Of a DNA stretch of 64,000 bases, positions 19,710-28,235 are shown one piece after another; position 1 is the stretch's first letter, and each line of letters begins with the position of its first letter. Made by a program: the position numbers and the translations under genes. This DNA is from a virus (Duplodnaviria > Caudoviricetes): the IMG/VR virus record IMGVR_UViG_3300012007_000672, positions 4,808 to 68,807 of that record; one strand, written 5' to 3'. The notes beneath the pieces are model-generated. The model was not told where the DNA came from, made no database searches, and saw nothing but the letters and a program-made list of their open reading frames with translations.

Positions 19710-20000
19710 CTATGGTTTGAGAGTGATGTTCATTTCGGAGATGCGCCGATACGCTTTCTTTACACGCTGGAGAACTCCGAGGTTGGCCATAACTTCTCCG
19801 ATGTCGTCGGATGCGACGTCATTGGCACATGTGATCATATAATCCATAATCTCATCAATGTAGGAAGGCATGCTGTCTTCGCCAGATTCATCGCGGATGT
19901 CGGCCAGAAAACGAAGGTCGTCCTCCGTGATGTGTGCCTCGTATTTACCGAGTTGCACTTCCGCCACTTGGCGGAGAACTGCGGTGTCTTTATTCTTCAT
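19710..20000 (-). CDS. Hypothetical protein
   Basis: 96 aa, 4-bp overlap with the upstream gene. Confidence 0.7.
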   Translation of the reverse strand: MKNKDTAVLRQVAEVQLGKYEAHITEDDLRFLADIRDESGEDSMPSYIDEIMDYMITCANDVASDDIGEVMANLGVLQRVKKAYRRISEMNITLKP

Positions 20001-20245
20001 GACTCACCTCCTTCCATAATTTTGATACCGTCCATTTGATGAATGAACCAGAAATACCTCTCCATATCATCCATGCTATCAATCATATCACCTGGGTCTG
20101 GTAAGTCGTATTTGTCAAGCATCTCATCGCTGATCTCAACGAGATGCAGCAGTTTTTTGAATTCCGTGAGACGATCTATCATCTCAACGGCGTGCTGTTT
20201 GATCAAACTCAGTCGTCTGATGTCAACTTCGTCGAACTTTACCAT
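19997..20245 (-). CDS. Hypothetical protein
   Basis: 82 aa, operon-coupled. Confidence 0.7.
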   Translation of the reverse strand: MVKFDEVDIRRLSLIKQHAVEMIDRLTEFKKLLHLVEISDEMLDKYDLPDPGDMIDSMDDMERYFWFIHQMDGIKIMEGGES

Positions 20246-20249
20246 ACGC

Positions 20250-20495
20250 CTATCCTCCTATGATTGAAGCAAGAAACATAAGTGAGAAACCGAAAGCGAC
20301 TGCTGCCGCTGCCTGAGAGAAGAGCTTCACACGGCTCACCACCCGCTGGAGAGCCGCCGAAGCGTTGACCTGTTTGAGCGCCCAACCAATGGAGAGCTCA
20401 CTGATCTTAACCCGATGGCACTGTCTCGCCGTGCCCTGCGTCTTGGCCTGCCCTATCGGTGCATAGCCGTCGAACTGTAATGTTAACTGTTGCAT
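20250..20495 (-). CDS. Small protein with C-terminal TM helix, first gene behind RNA leader 1
   Basis: MQQLTLQFDG... ending AVAFGFSLMFLASIIGG. Confidence 0.7.
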   Translation of the reverse strand: MQQLTLQFDGYAPIGQAKTQGTARQCHRVKISELSIGWALKQVNASAALQRVVSRVKLFSQAAAAVAFGFSLMFLASIIGG

Positions 20496-20499
20496 ATTG

Positions 20500-20883
20500 C
20501 TATGATGTTTAGCTATACAGGGATCCGCCCTGTGCGGTTACTTGTCTCTTAAAAGAGGGGGAGCGTCCTACGCTATCAGTCCGTCTGGTTCGGACTCGCA
20601 GTCCGAAGGCTGCGTACTCGTAGTCCGTCCGTACGGACTAACCCTAGGGTTAATTCCCTCACTCCCCCAAAGACAGAGAAAGCGGCAGCCCTCCCTGTCG
20701 CTAAACATCATAGACTTCGTCCAAGGACGCAATATCTACTGGGTGGCCACCGCTATTGGTGTGATGAGGTCTCTGGCAGACCTCGGAAGTATGAGCATAA
20801 AAAATGCCCTGAGTAGTTACTCGGGCGTCTTTCACCGCCCTTGGTACGAGAACGTACTATGATGTTTAGCGATGGCAAAGGTA
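20500..20883 (-). ncRNA. Candidate CI/C4-like antisense leader RNA 1
   Basis: CTATGATGTTTAGC at 20500 and 20857, its complement at 20700; -7 promoter box at 20876-20883. Confidence 0.55.
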
Positions 20884-20941
20884 CGAAAAAATCCCGAACC
20901 TCCAAAGAAATTCGGGAAAAAGTTTCAAATTATCTACATTT

Positions 20942-21607
20942 TTAAGGATTATCCGTGAATTCTTTCCATTTTTCAGGTATTGTATATTTCAGAGGTCCCT
21001 TTACGACATCATCCTCCATGACAGCAAGTTCGAAACGTTTCATATTTTTCTCAAGCAAAGAAGGTTTGCCACCATGACGCTTCAAGTTGTCTGTCAAATC
21101 TCGGCAATCATCGGATGGAGGGAAATACACCTTCAACTTCTTATCTTTATAATGCTGTTGGATGAATTCCAAAGGTGGAACCAAGTCACTATCGGCACTA
21201 ACTAGAACGAGACTATCAGTCTTGTCTAGCACGCAGTCTGCTATCATCCGAACAGAGATATTAACATCAGTCCTTTTCTCCTCGGGACGCGGTATCGTTC
21301 CCTTACAGAGAGGACAAGTGATATTCTTTGTGAAATACTTACCGCGCACAATCTCGAACCTGTCGCCGTTGATCAGCCTGTTAGCATTGAGGAAGGCACT
21401 CTGGCGGCTGCTTTTGTCTTCACGCAGCGGTGATGCGGTGAAATAGACCACCTTCTCCAGCTGCTGGCCCTCACCAAGGAAACTCTCACAGAACTTCACC
21501 ATGTCAATCCAATAGTATCTTCCCCATATAGAATTACCCTTTCTGGATCGTCTTAACCCATAGTAGAAATTGAAGCCGTCAATGTAGAATGTCACTCTCT
21601 TTGCCAT
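20942..21607 (-). CDS. NYN-domain (LabA/DUF88, PIN-like) ribonuclease
   Basis: FYIDGFNFYYG, EEKRTDVNI, LVSADSDLVP motifs. Confidence 0.9.
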   Translation of the reverse strand: MAKRVTFYIDGFNFYYGLRRSRKGNSIWGRYYWIDMVKFCESFLGEGQQLEKVVYFTASPLREDKSSRQSAFLNANRLINGDRFEIVRGKYFTKNITCPLCKGTIPRPEEKRTDVNISVRMIADCVLDKTDSLVLVSADSDLVPPLEFIQQHYKDKKLKVYFPPSDDCRDLTDNLKRHGGKPSLLEKNMKRFELAVMEDDVVKGPLKYTIPEKWKEFTDNP

Positions 21608-21846
21608 GATGATACGGATAAAAAAAATGCCGCTCGTAAGCGGCTAGTCTCTACAAGAAAGTAGAGCGATGCTTTGTTTTCGAGTGCAAAGGTACATAAA
21701 AATCCAGAAACCTGCAAGAAATTTCGGGAAAAATTTGCGATTAACTCTTGATTTTTTCATTTTTTACCTTATATTTTCTACAGAAGCCCATGAGAAAAGC
21801 CCTGCAGGCAATATTGCTTGCAGGGCTTTCGCTATGGTATGCTGGT

Positions 21847-22260
21847 CTATACGAGTGCCAGCAGTTCCTTTCCGATTTTGTGAATGCCCTCGACGATGCG
21901 CTCCCGCTGCTGTGCGCGAGGACGCTTGATGCCGTTGGCATAGTGTGACAGTTGATGCTGATTGATACCAGAAGCACGGCTGATGGCCGCCAATGAGAGG
22001 TAAGGCTCGTATGCCCGGAGAAGTGATGTGGCATCCAAGAACCTGTACTCAAATTCATAGTCCCCGTCCACGAGCCACTGGGGAACTTCGTCGCCATCGG
22101 CAACCATTCCCTCGATGTGAAACTCGAGGCTTTCTTTTGCTTCTTTCTGAAGTTCGGCGAATGTGTCTGCAGTAAACACGACTGCACCGGGGACGTTCTC
22201 GCCCAGTGATGCCGAGAAATTATTCTCGCACCATGTTACGTCCACACGAATCTTTTCCAT
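21847..22260 (-). CDS. hicB: HicB antitoxin
   Basis: N-terminal RNase H-like fold pattern plus C-terminal HTH (LSLAAISRASGINQHQLSHYANG). Confidence 0.85.
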   Translation of the reverse strand: MEKIRVDVTWCENNFSASLGENVPGAVVFTADTFAELQKEAKESLEFHIEGMVADGDEVPQWLVDGDYEFEYRFLDATSLLRAYEPYLSLAAISRASGINQHQLSHYANGIKRPRAQQRERIVEGIHKIGKELLALV

Positions 22261-22328
22261 AATCTTGTAATTGTTGAGTATAAATGGTTTGTTGTATCTT
22301 CATTTTTGGGGCACTGGCGGCGGGTGGA

Positions 22329-22523
22329 CTATTTCCAACCCGCCTGATGCCAGATGCTGTTGAGGTTCCTCTGGTCCATCTCCTTATTCATCGGACCGTT
22401 TACGGTAACCTTCCCCGGTTTAGTGGGGTGCTTGAACTGACGATGATCCCCTTTCGTGGCATACAGGTACCATCCGTCGTCTTCAAGCATCTTGATGACC
22501 TGTTTCGTTTTATATGCCTTCAT
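22329..22523 (-). CDS. hicA: HicA toxin (mRNA interferase)
   Basis: LEDDGWY..KGDHRQFKHP.KPGKVTV. Confidence 0.92.
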   Translation of the reverse strand: MKAYKTKQVIKMLEDDGWYLYATKGDHRQFKHPTKPGKVTVNGPMNKEMDQRNLNSIWHQAGWK

Positions 22524-22807
22524 ATCAGTTCTATTTTTAAATTCCGCTGCAAAGGTAATAAAAATAATACTATTCTCCAAATTTTTAAGGCAAAAAGTAT
22601 TCGTTTTGATATCATTTTTAACACTTCGGGCACGAAAAAATCCGAACCTCCAAAGAAATTCGGGAAAAATTTGCGTAAAGGGGCGATTTTCTCTTTGTTT
22701 TTCTCTTCTGCGAGATATTTATTTATAAAAAAGGTCACCAAAACGTAAACTAAGACCCTAAATCTGAATATAAATAATGAAAACGAAAAAGAAGAAAGGA
22801 GGAGACT

Positions 22808-22894
22808 ATGAAGAAGAAGGACATTCTCAAGACTGTTTACAGGATATTAGAGATAGCACATCTTATCATGACCGTGATGGAGATGTTCCTGTAA
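22808..22894 (+). CDS. 28-aa amphipathic/hydrophobic peptide (MKKKDILKTVYRILEIAHLIMTVMEMFL)
   Basis: Strong SD-like AAAGGAGGAG directly upstream; below the ORF-track size cutoff. Confidence 0.4.
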   Translation: MKKKDILKTVYRILEIAHLIMTVMEMFL

Positions 22895-23006
22895 ACAAAA
22901 AGGTGCCTGCAGCAATCATCAGGCACATCGGTATGAACAGTTCGCAGTAGGCTTGCCTACTTACTTAAAAGCGGTTCTGGCATCAGGTGTCGGAACCGCT
23001 TGCAGT

Positions 23007-23501
23007 TTATTTTTCTTCCAAATTCTCCAGCTCGTTATTGCCTCCCTTTCTTAATTCCGGAACTTTGTTTAGTACAAAGATAACAGCCAGAGAGACGATA
23101 TCACCGCTTGCGATAATGCCAGCAAGAATCTCATGCCCATACAGACCAAGAATAAGAGCAATGACACCGAAGAACAAGGCGAGGATAAAGCCCAGGATCT
23201 GACCACGGGCGCTTTGCTTCGTCTCTTCGCTGACTATGAGTTTTTCGTTGGCCATCCTGTGGTCAAGCGACTTTTCTGTCATCGTGATAATCCTGTCTGC
23301 AGAACCAGGACACACATGTTCGTACGCCTCAATCTCCTCCGCAGGGGGAAGTGGACCACTGTACATCTTCTGCTCCATGGCAATCATAGTACCCATCAGG
23401 ACTCTTCTCTGTTCCTCAGTCAATTGATTGAGGATATTGTTTACATCTTCAGGAAGATTCTCCTGAATTGGATTTGGAGTATTCTGATTATCCCTCTCCA
23501 T
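23007..23501 (-). CDS. DUF2335-like membrane protein
   Basis: YSGPLPP...YEHVCPGSADRII followed by two TM helices. Confidence 0.85.
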   Translation of the reverse strand: MERDNQNTPNPIQENLPEDVNNILNQLTEEQRRVLMGTMIAMEQKMYSGPLPPAEEIEAYEHVCPGSADRIITMTEKSLDHRMANEKLIVSEETKQSARGQILGFILALFFGVIALILGLYGHEILAGIIASGDIVSLAVIFVLNKVPELRKGGNNELENLEEK

Positions 23502-23503
23502 GG

Positions 23504-23809
23504 CTATCTCTTGTATGAGCGAAGTGTATTACGGAAAGCATCACCCACCATGAGCCAGTCTTTCCTCATATCCTGGACATGGTTTCCTCTCATGTAAAGG
23601 TGAAGACGGGAATACCCTCCACTGATATTGCCGAGACTTCCAACACCATGCAGGAACGGATGCTTCTTGATACGGTACACGTAAACGATGGCGGATAAGG
23701 AATTACCCTCCTTACCGGCATTGGCAAGGGTGCGTAACGATCTCTCAGCCCTCAACTGGCCGAGTGTCTTGTGACGTAAAAAAAGCTTGGTACCCATAAT
23801 AATCTTCAT
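23504..23809 (-). CDS. Hypothetical protein, upstream partner of DUF2335
   Basis: 101 aa ORF ending 2 bp before the DUF2335 start. Confidence 0.6.
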   Translation of the reverse strand: MKIIMGTKLFLRHKTLGQLRAERSLRTLANAGKEGNSLSAIVYVYRIKKHPFLHGVGSLGNISGGYSRLHLYMRGNHVQDMRKDWLMVGDAFRNTLRSYKR

Positions 23810-24038
23810 ATTTCCGTGTGCAAATATAGGAAGTTTTAGTCAAAAATACAAATTTTATAATATAAATTAAATATTTTGTTCCAAATAATAGATATTTGCT
23901 GTGTGATACAAGTTTTTTTGAGGGTGATTTGTGGCTTTTCGCAGAAATGCCCCGACGCAGGCTCGTGTGTCGGGGCGATGGGTGCGCCGCAGCCCAACGG
24001 CGACTTGTGTTCAATTCGGTCACATAAGAGACCGGGGC

Positions 24039-24296
24039 TTAATCGATGTTGTCAGCGGCACGGCGGATGCGATCTGCAAGGTCGATCAGCGCGCCCTTCA
24101 GCTGATAGCGCTCCTCGACGGTGAAGTCGATGGGCTTCTTGTTACCGTCGATGCCGTTCAGCTTATGGTAGAGCCATGAGCCGGACTTGCCGAAATACTC
24201 CCTGGAGATATCGCCCCAGGATACGTGCATCAGGATGTCGGCCAGGCGGGCCTTCACCGTGTCTCTCTGTGTTTCTTTCAATGTCATTACTGCCAT
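24039..24296 (-). CDS. DUF5053-like HTH protein
   Basis: VSWGDISREYFGKSGSWLYHKLNG...FTVEERYQLKGAL. Confidence 0.85.
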   Translation of the reverse strand: MAVMTLKETQRDTVKARLADILMHVSWGDISREYFGKSGSWLYHKLNGIDGNKKPIDFTVEERYQLKGALIDLADRIRRAADNID

Positions 24297-24350
24297 AGTC
24301 GTATTGTTTTTAAATTACCCCGCCGCCTTGCGAGTGGCGGGGTTTGTGAT

Positions 24351-24503
24351 TCATTCCTCAAGTGGTTCTTCGAGCAGGTCTTCAAGCATTCCCCTCAGTG
24401 CCCATCTTAACTTTGGTTCGCCTCTCGGGTAGCTTCGTTTGTAGTTCCTTACTGTCTCGATGAGATCGAACTCCGATTCCGTTAATTCTACGATTCTTTT
24501 CAT
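24351..24503 (-). CDS. Small partner protein of DUF5053 (50 aa)
   Basis: MKRIVELTESEFDLIETVRNYKRSYP; own promoter box upstream. Confidence 0.7.
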   Translation of the reverse strand: MKRIVELTESEFDLIETVRNYKRSYPRGEPKLRWALRGMLEDLLEEPLEE

Positions 24504-24665
24504 TTCTCTTATGTTTTTAATTGAACACTGCAAAGGTAATACTTTTATTCGTATTATGCAAATTATTTAGTATCTTTTTTCGTACTAACTGAAAGATTTA
24601 ACATTTCGGGCACAAAAAAGGGGATGCCGAGCAGTGCATCCCCCCAGGAACAACATTTTTTCAAG

Positions 24666-24896
24666 TCAAGTCCGGACAAAGCCGTGCGTGATCAGGTCGT
24701 CGAGGAACTCATCGGGCGTCGTGGTCCGCACCCTGCAGCCCTCCAGTTGCCGGAGTCGTTCGGCGAAGCGCTCCATATATTCCGCGTCGCTGCCGCCGGA
24801 GTCGAAGCGAGAGCCCTCGTGCAGTCTGGTTACGAATTCCGATGGGGTGGCGGCGACTATCGTGTCGCCACCCTTTAGAATGTAGGTCTTGTTCAT
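24666..24896 (-). CDS. Small hypothetical protein coupled to the amidoligase
   Basis: 76 aa, 4-bp overlap. Confidence 0.75.
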   Translation of the reverse strand: MNKTYILKGGDTIVAATPSEFVTRLHEGSRFDSGGSDAEYMERFAERLRQLEGCRVRTTTPDEFLDDLITHGFVRT

Positions 24897-25825
24897 GCTG
24901 CAAGTTTTCTTGTTCTGAGTTTGAAATATAACTTTTCCGTATCATTGAGGAAGGGGATGTTTTCGAGCGTCGTGCGCGGCTGCACCGTCCCTGCCGTTGC
25001 AAAGGTAATCATTTTCTCGAGAAAATGTATCCAAGCCGACATTTTTGTGAAGTTCGTCGAGCCCCCATGCTGGCGGAACTCCACCGTGCAGTGGCGGGCG
25101 TAGGCCTCGAGGTTCACCTTGTGGTAGCGGTCGCTGTGGAACACCCTGCGCAGTTCGTTGACGGTCTGTGCGTGGCGGATGGCCGTTTCGCTGATGCCGC
25201 TGAGCGGCTTGCAGTAGCGGTTGTTGCGGCGTGACTGTGGCATGAAGGCGTCGATGACCGGCTCGAGTCGCTTGTAGCTGATGGCGAGGTTACGCCAGGT
25301 ATCCATTGTGAAGTCGTGGGCGTCCATGTGAATGTGGAGTCCACAGCTATCGTTCACCTTTGCGTCGCAGAGCTCGAGCACCCAGCACACCTTCTCCAGT
25401 TCGTCGATGCCTGCCTCCCCGTGTAGGATGGGGCTCACCAGCTCGAAGGTGTTGTTGCCGTGAAGGCTGCTGTCGGTTACCAGTTTCCAGTGGTCGGCGT
25501 GGTCGGTGTGGTTGTAGCCCTCCACCTGTACACTGATGCCTGCTGAGCGGAGTTCGCGTGCCAGGCGCTCCCGTGTGCAGTTGTAGGCCTCGATCTCCAC
25601 ACCGAAGTTGCGGTTGAAGGTGTAGTCGAGCTGTGGTACCACCGTGCAGGCCTCCTGGGCGATGGCCTGCATCATGCGCTTATAGACGTTCTGTACGAAA
25701 CCGTAGTTGCCGTTGGTTACGAGGTCGGCCACTTGTCGGCGTGTCAGGCCGAGGTTCAGGAGTTGCTGGATCTTGGCGGTCTTCGTGCCGCTGCCGTTCA
25801 GGATTTGTTGAATCTGCTCGTTCAT
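24893..25825 (-). CDS. Putative amidoligase (COOH-NH2 ligase type 2) with N-terminal HTH
   Basis: FGVEIE, WKLVTDSS, FELVSPIL, SCGLHIH, TVEFRQH motifs. Confidence 0.9.
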   Translation of the reverse strand: MNEQIQQILNGSGTKTAKIQQLLNLGLTRRQVADLVTNGNYGFVQNVYKRMMQAIAQEACTVVPQLDYTFNRNFGVEIEAYNCTRERLARELRSAGISVQVEGYNHTDHADHWKLVTDSSLHGNNTFELVSPILHGEAGIDELEKVCWVLELCDAKVNDSCGLHIHMDAHDFTMDTWRNLAISYKRLEPVIDAFMPQSRRNNRYCKPLSGISETAIRHAQTVNELRRVFHSDRYHKVNLEAYARHCTVEFRQHGGSTNFTKMSAWIHFLEKMITFATAGTVQPRTTLENIPFLNDTEKLYFKLRTRKLAA

Positions 25826-26045
25826 AATTGCTTGATCTTTAAGTTGTTATTTGTTCCTTGTTTACAGTGCAAAGATAACACTATAATACGGAACGTGCAA
25901 ATTATAACGGCTTTATTACCAGTTGTTTAGCTTAGTTTATCTCAAGTGATAAAAGAAGATAATAAATCCCTGGCGCATCACTGCGGCAGGGATGAATCTA
26001 ATATTACCAATAACTAAAAACCTAAAACAAATACAAATTTATGCA

Positions 26046-26648
26046 CTACTTGATCAATATTGTCTGTGAATAGATAATCTTCGAATGGGGGTTGAAGTTC
26101 ACGTGTTTCACGCGATAGCCCTTTGTGCCCCAGCGCCACCAGAGGAACTTATGCTTGGGTATGCGATCGATGTAAGTCTTCAGCGAGTCGCGCATGACAT
26201 AGTCCAAGGTGTGGTCCTGTGTGTTCAGGCGGAAGTCAACCCATTGGTCGTGGTAGGCGAAGAGTGTGTCTGGTGCTGTCGGCAGGCTGTCAGCGGCAGG
26301 TCTCACCGGTTCCAGTTTCACCTTTCCTATCGTCTCGCGAAGCATGGTGTTCTCTGCTTTGATCTGTGAGATCTGCAGCTCGAGATCCTTGATCAGCTTT
26401 CTGTCTGCCAGCTGTTTCTTGTAGTCGGTCTTATCCACCTCCACTGCCTGCTGGGAGGCTGTTGGCAGACTGTCGCGTATGGTTCCGGTCTGCATCGGTA
26501 TCCTGGCATGGGCCAACTGTATCTGCAGATCACGTATCTGGGCGTTCAGGGCACTCTCTCTCTGATGTCCCACATAATAGACGGCGAGCCCTGTCAAAAG
26601 CAGGATCACTAATGCCGTCAGGATGTTGAGAACCTTTTTGAATGTCAT
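26046..26648 (-). CDS. Lysis-module membrane protein (spanin-like)
   Basis: N-terminal TM helix and coiled coil, downstream of the endolysin. Confidence 0.6.
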   Translation of the reverse strand: MTFKKVLNILTALVILLLTGLAVYYVGHQRESALNAQIRDLQIQLAHARIPMQTGTIRDSLPTASQQAVEVDKTDYKKQLADRKLIKDLELQISQIKAENTMLRETIGKVKLEPVRPAADSLPTAPDTLFAYHDQWVDFRLNTQDHTLDYVMRDSLKTYIDRIPKHKFLWWRWGTKGYRVKHVNFNPHSKIIYSQTILIK

Positions 26649-26651
26649 GAC

Positions 26652-27179
26652 TTATCCCTCCTTTCCTACAATTCCCCTGACCTGACGGATCAGTTTGGTG
26701 ATGCTGTTGATATAGAACGGGTCGGTGGCGTACTTGCAGCCCACGTTGTCGGCGATGCGGCGGGCGAACTCCTCGGCGTTGTGGCGATAGGGCCATGCGT
26801 CGGCATAGCCGGGCTTCCGCAGGATGTAGGTGTGGTCAGCCAGACAGTCGGCAAGCGAGTCGTAGTCGCGGAACAGCCGGTCCACTGTGTAGTGGTATTT
26901 CTTCTTCGTCGATGAGTAGGCGACGCTGATCACCTTTTCCGGAAGGGCGAACTTCCTGTCGGGGGTGGGGAACCACTCGTGCGTCCTCACCAGGATGGTG
27001 CGCCCTGTCCAGGAGCTGCCCTTGGTGATGCCGAAGATGTTATACATGCCGATCTTGGACTTGCCCCAGTCCGTCTCCAGTATTGCCTGTGCCGTGACGA
27101 ACTCCGGCGCTATATCGGTGCCCACCTTTGCGGCCTCATAGACCTGGCGGGCGAATTTACATTGTGCTGCTGTTGCCAT
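26652..27179 (-). CDS. Endolysin, glucosaminidase (GH73/FlgJ-like)
   Basis: AQAILETDWG, YNIFGI, FRDYDSL, GCKYATDP. Confidence 0.9.
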   Translation of the reverse strand: MATAAQCKFARQVYEAAKVGTDIAPEFVTAQAILETDWGKSKIGMYNIFGITKGSSWTGRTILVRTHEWFPTPDRKFALPEKVISVAYSSTKKKYHYTVDRLFRDYDSLADCLADHTYILRKPGYADAWPYRHNAEEFARRIADNVGCKYATDPFYINSITKLIRQVRGIVGKEG

Positions 27180-27633
27180 TTTCTGAATCCTGTTTTTTGA
27201 TGTACTCTCCTTTTTCGTTAAAATCCTTGAAACGCTTGATGATGCCCTTGGGGATGATCGGATAGATGGCGTTGGCGTTCTCCATGACTGAGATGCACTC
27301 ACGCACGATCATATAGGTGCAGAGGTATGTCCCCATCCATTGCGTGGTACCGATCACGTTGCCGCTCACGGTGCAGTTCGTCAGCACGTTGGCAGTAATG
27401 AGCAGGAGCATATACACAAAGATCTTCTTGCAGAACTTGCTCCAGAAGTCTTCGCTGGAGGCATCCTTGTGCACCAGGTGCTTGGCAATACCGAGCAGGG
27501 TATCGACGGTGACAGCCACACCTATCCATTTGGCGAACTCCCAGTCCTGGTAGAAGTATCGGCCTATATCCGCAATGATCGACAGCGGCAGTGCGAAGAT
27601 CATCGACATGAGGGGTAGTCTCTTTGGTTTCAT
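27157..27633 (-). CDS. Holin
   Basis: Three hydrophobic helices, RECISVMEN motif, upstream of the endolysin. Confidence 0.85.
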   Translation of the reverse strand: MKPKRLPLMSMIFALPLSIIADIGRYFYQDWEFAKWIGVAVTVDTLLGIAKHLVHKDASSEDFWSKFCKKIFVYMLLLITANVLTNCTVSGNVIGTTQWMGTYLCTYMIVRECISVMENANAIYPIIPKGIIKRFKDFNEKGEYIKKQDSENGNSSTM

Positions 27634-27647
27634 GCCGCAAAGTTACA

Positions 27648-28235
27648 TCATAGGAACTTTCTCAGAAAGGACCGTTTCAGGTTGTTGGTACCGAGGGTAT
27701 CGGCAGCGTCGGCGGTGATGATCAGCGTCCATCCCCAGCTTTTCAGCTCGCTGGCCACGAAGGGCACGATCTGGGCATCGGCCACAGGCATGCGCGAGAG
27801 CCAGGGCGTGTCGCCGGTGGCGGCATCGGCCAGGATGCGGGCATAGATGATGTTCACCCAGCTGAGCGTCTTATCCTCCGCGATCATGCGCTCCACCATG
27901 TCGGCGCGGTCTGAGAGTTTCACGGCGACGGTGACGGCCAGCTGCTGCTGGCACTTCAGGGAACCAGGCGTACGGTCCTCCGAGAAGGTGAACTCGCCGT
28001 AGTCGGCAAAGAGCCACGAGCCGAAGATCTTCTCCACGCGGGCCTTCAGTTCGTCGAAGTCCTGTCCATAGACGTAGTTCTCGATGTCCGGAAGGATAGG
28101 CTCGTCTTCCATCGCGCTGATGGCATCGGTCAGCTGCTGGTATTCCGCATAGTCGCTCTGGCCATTGGTGAACATGGCTGTCACGCCGCTCCGTTTGGGG
28201 AACTTGGCGAAGTATAGGAACAGTTCTCTTATCAT
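27648..28235 (-). CDS. Hypothetical structural protein (tail terminator-like)
   Basis: 195 aa, coupled to the upstream structural genes. Confidence 0.6.
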   Translation of the reverse strand: MIRELFLYFAKFPKRSGVTAMFTNGQSDYAEYQQLTDAISAMEDEPILPDIENYVYGQDFDELKARVEKIFGSWLFADYGEFTFSEDRTPGSLKCQQQLAVTVAVKLSDRADMVERMIAEDKTLSWVNIIYARILADAATGDTPWLSRMPVADAQIVPFVASELKSWGWTLIITADAADTLGTNNLKRSFLRKFL

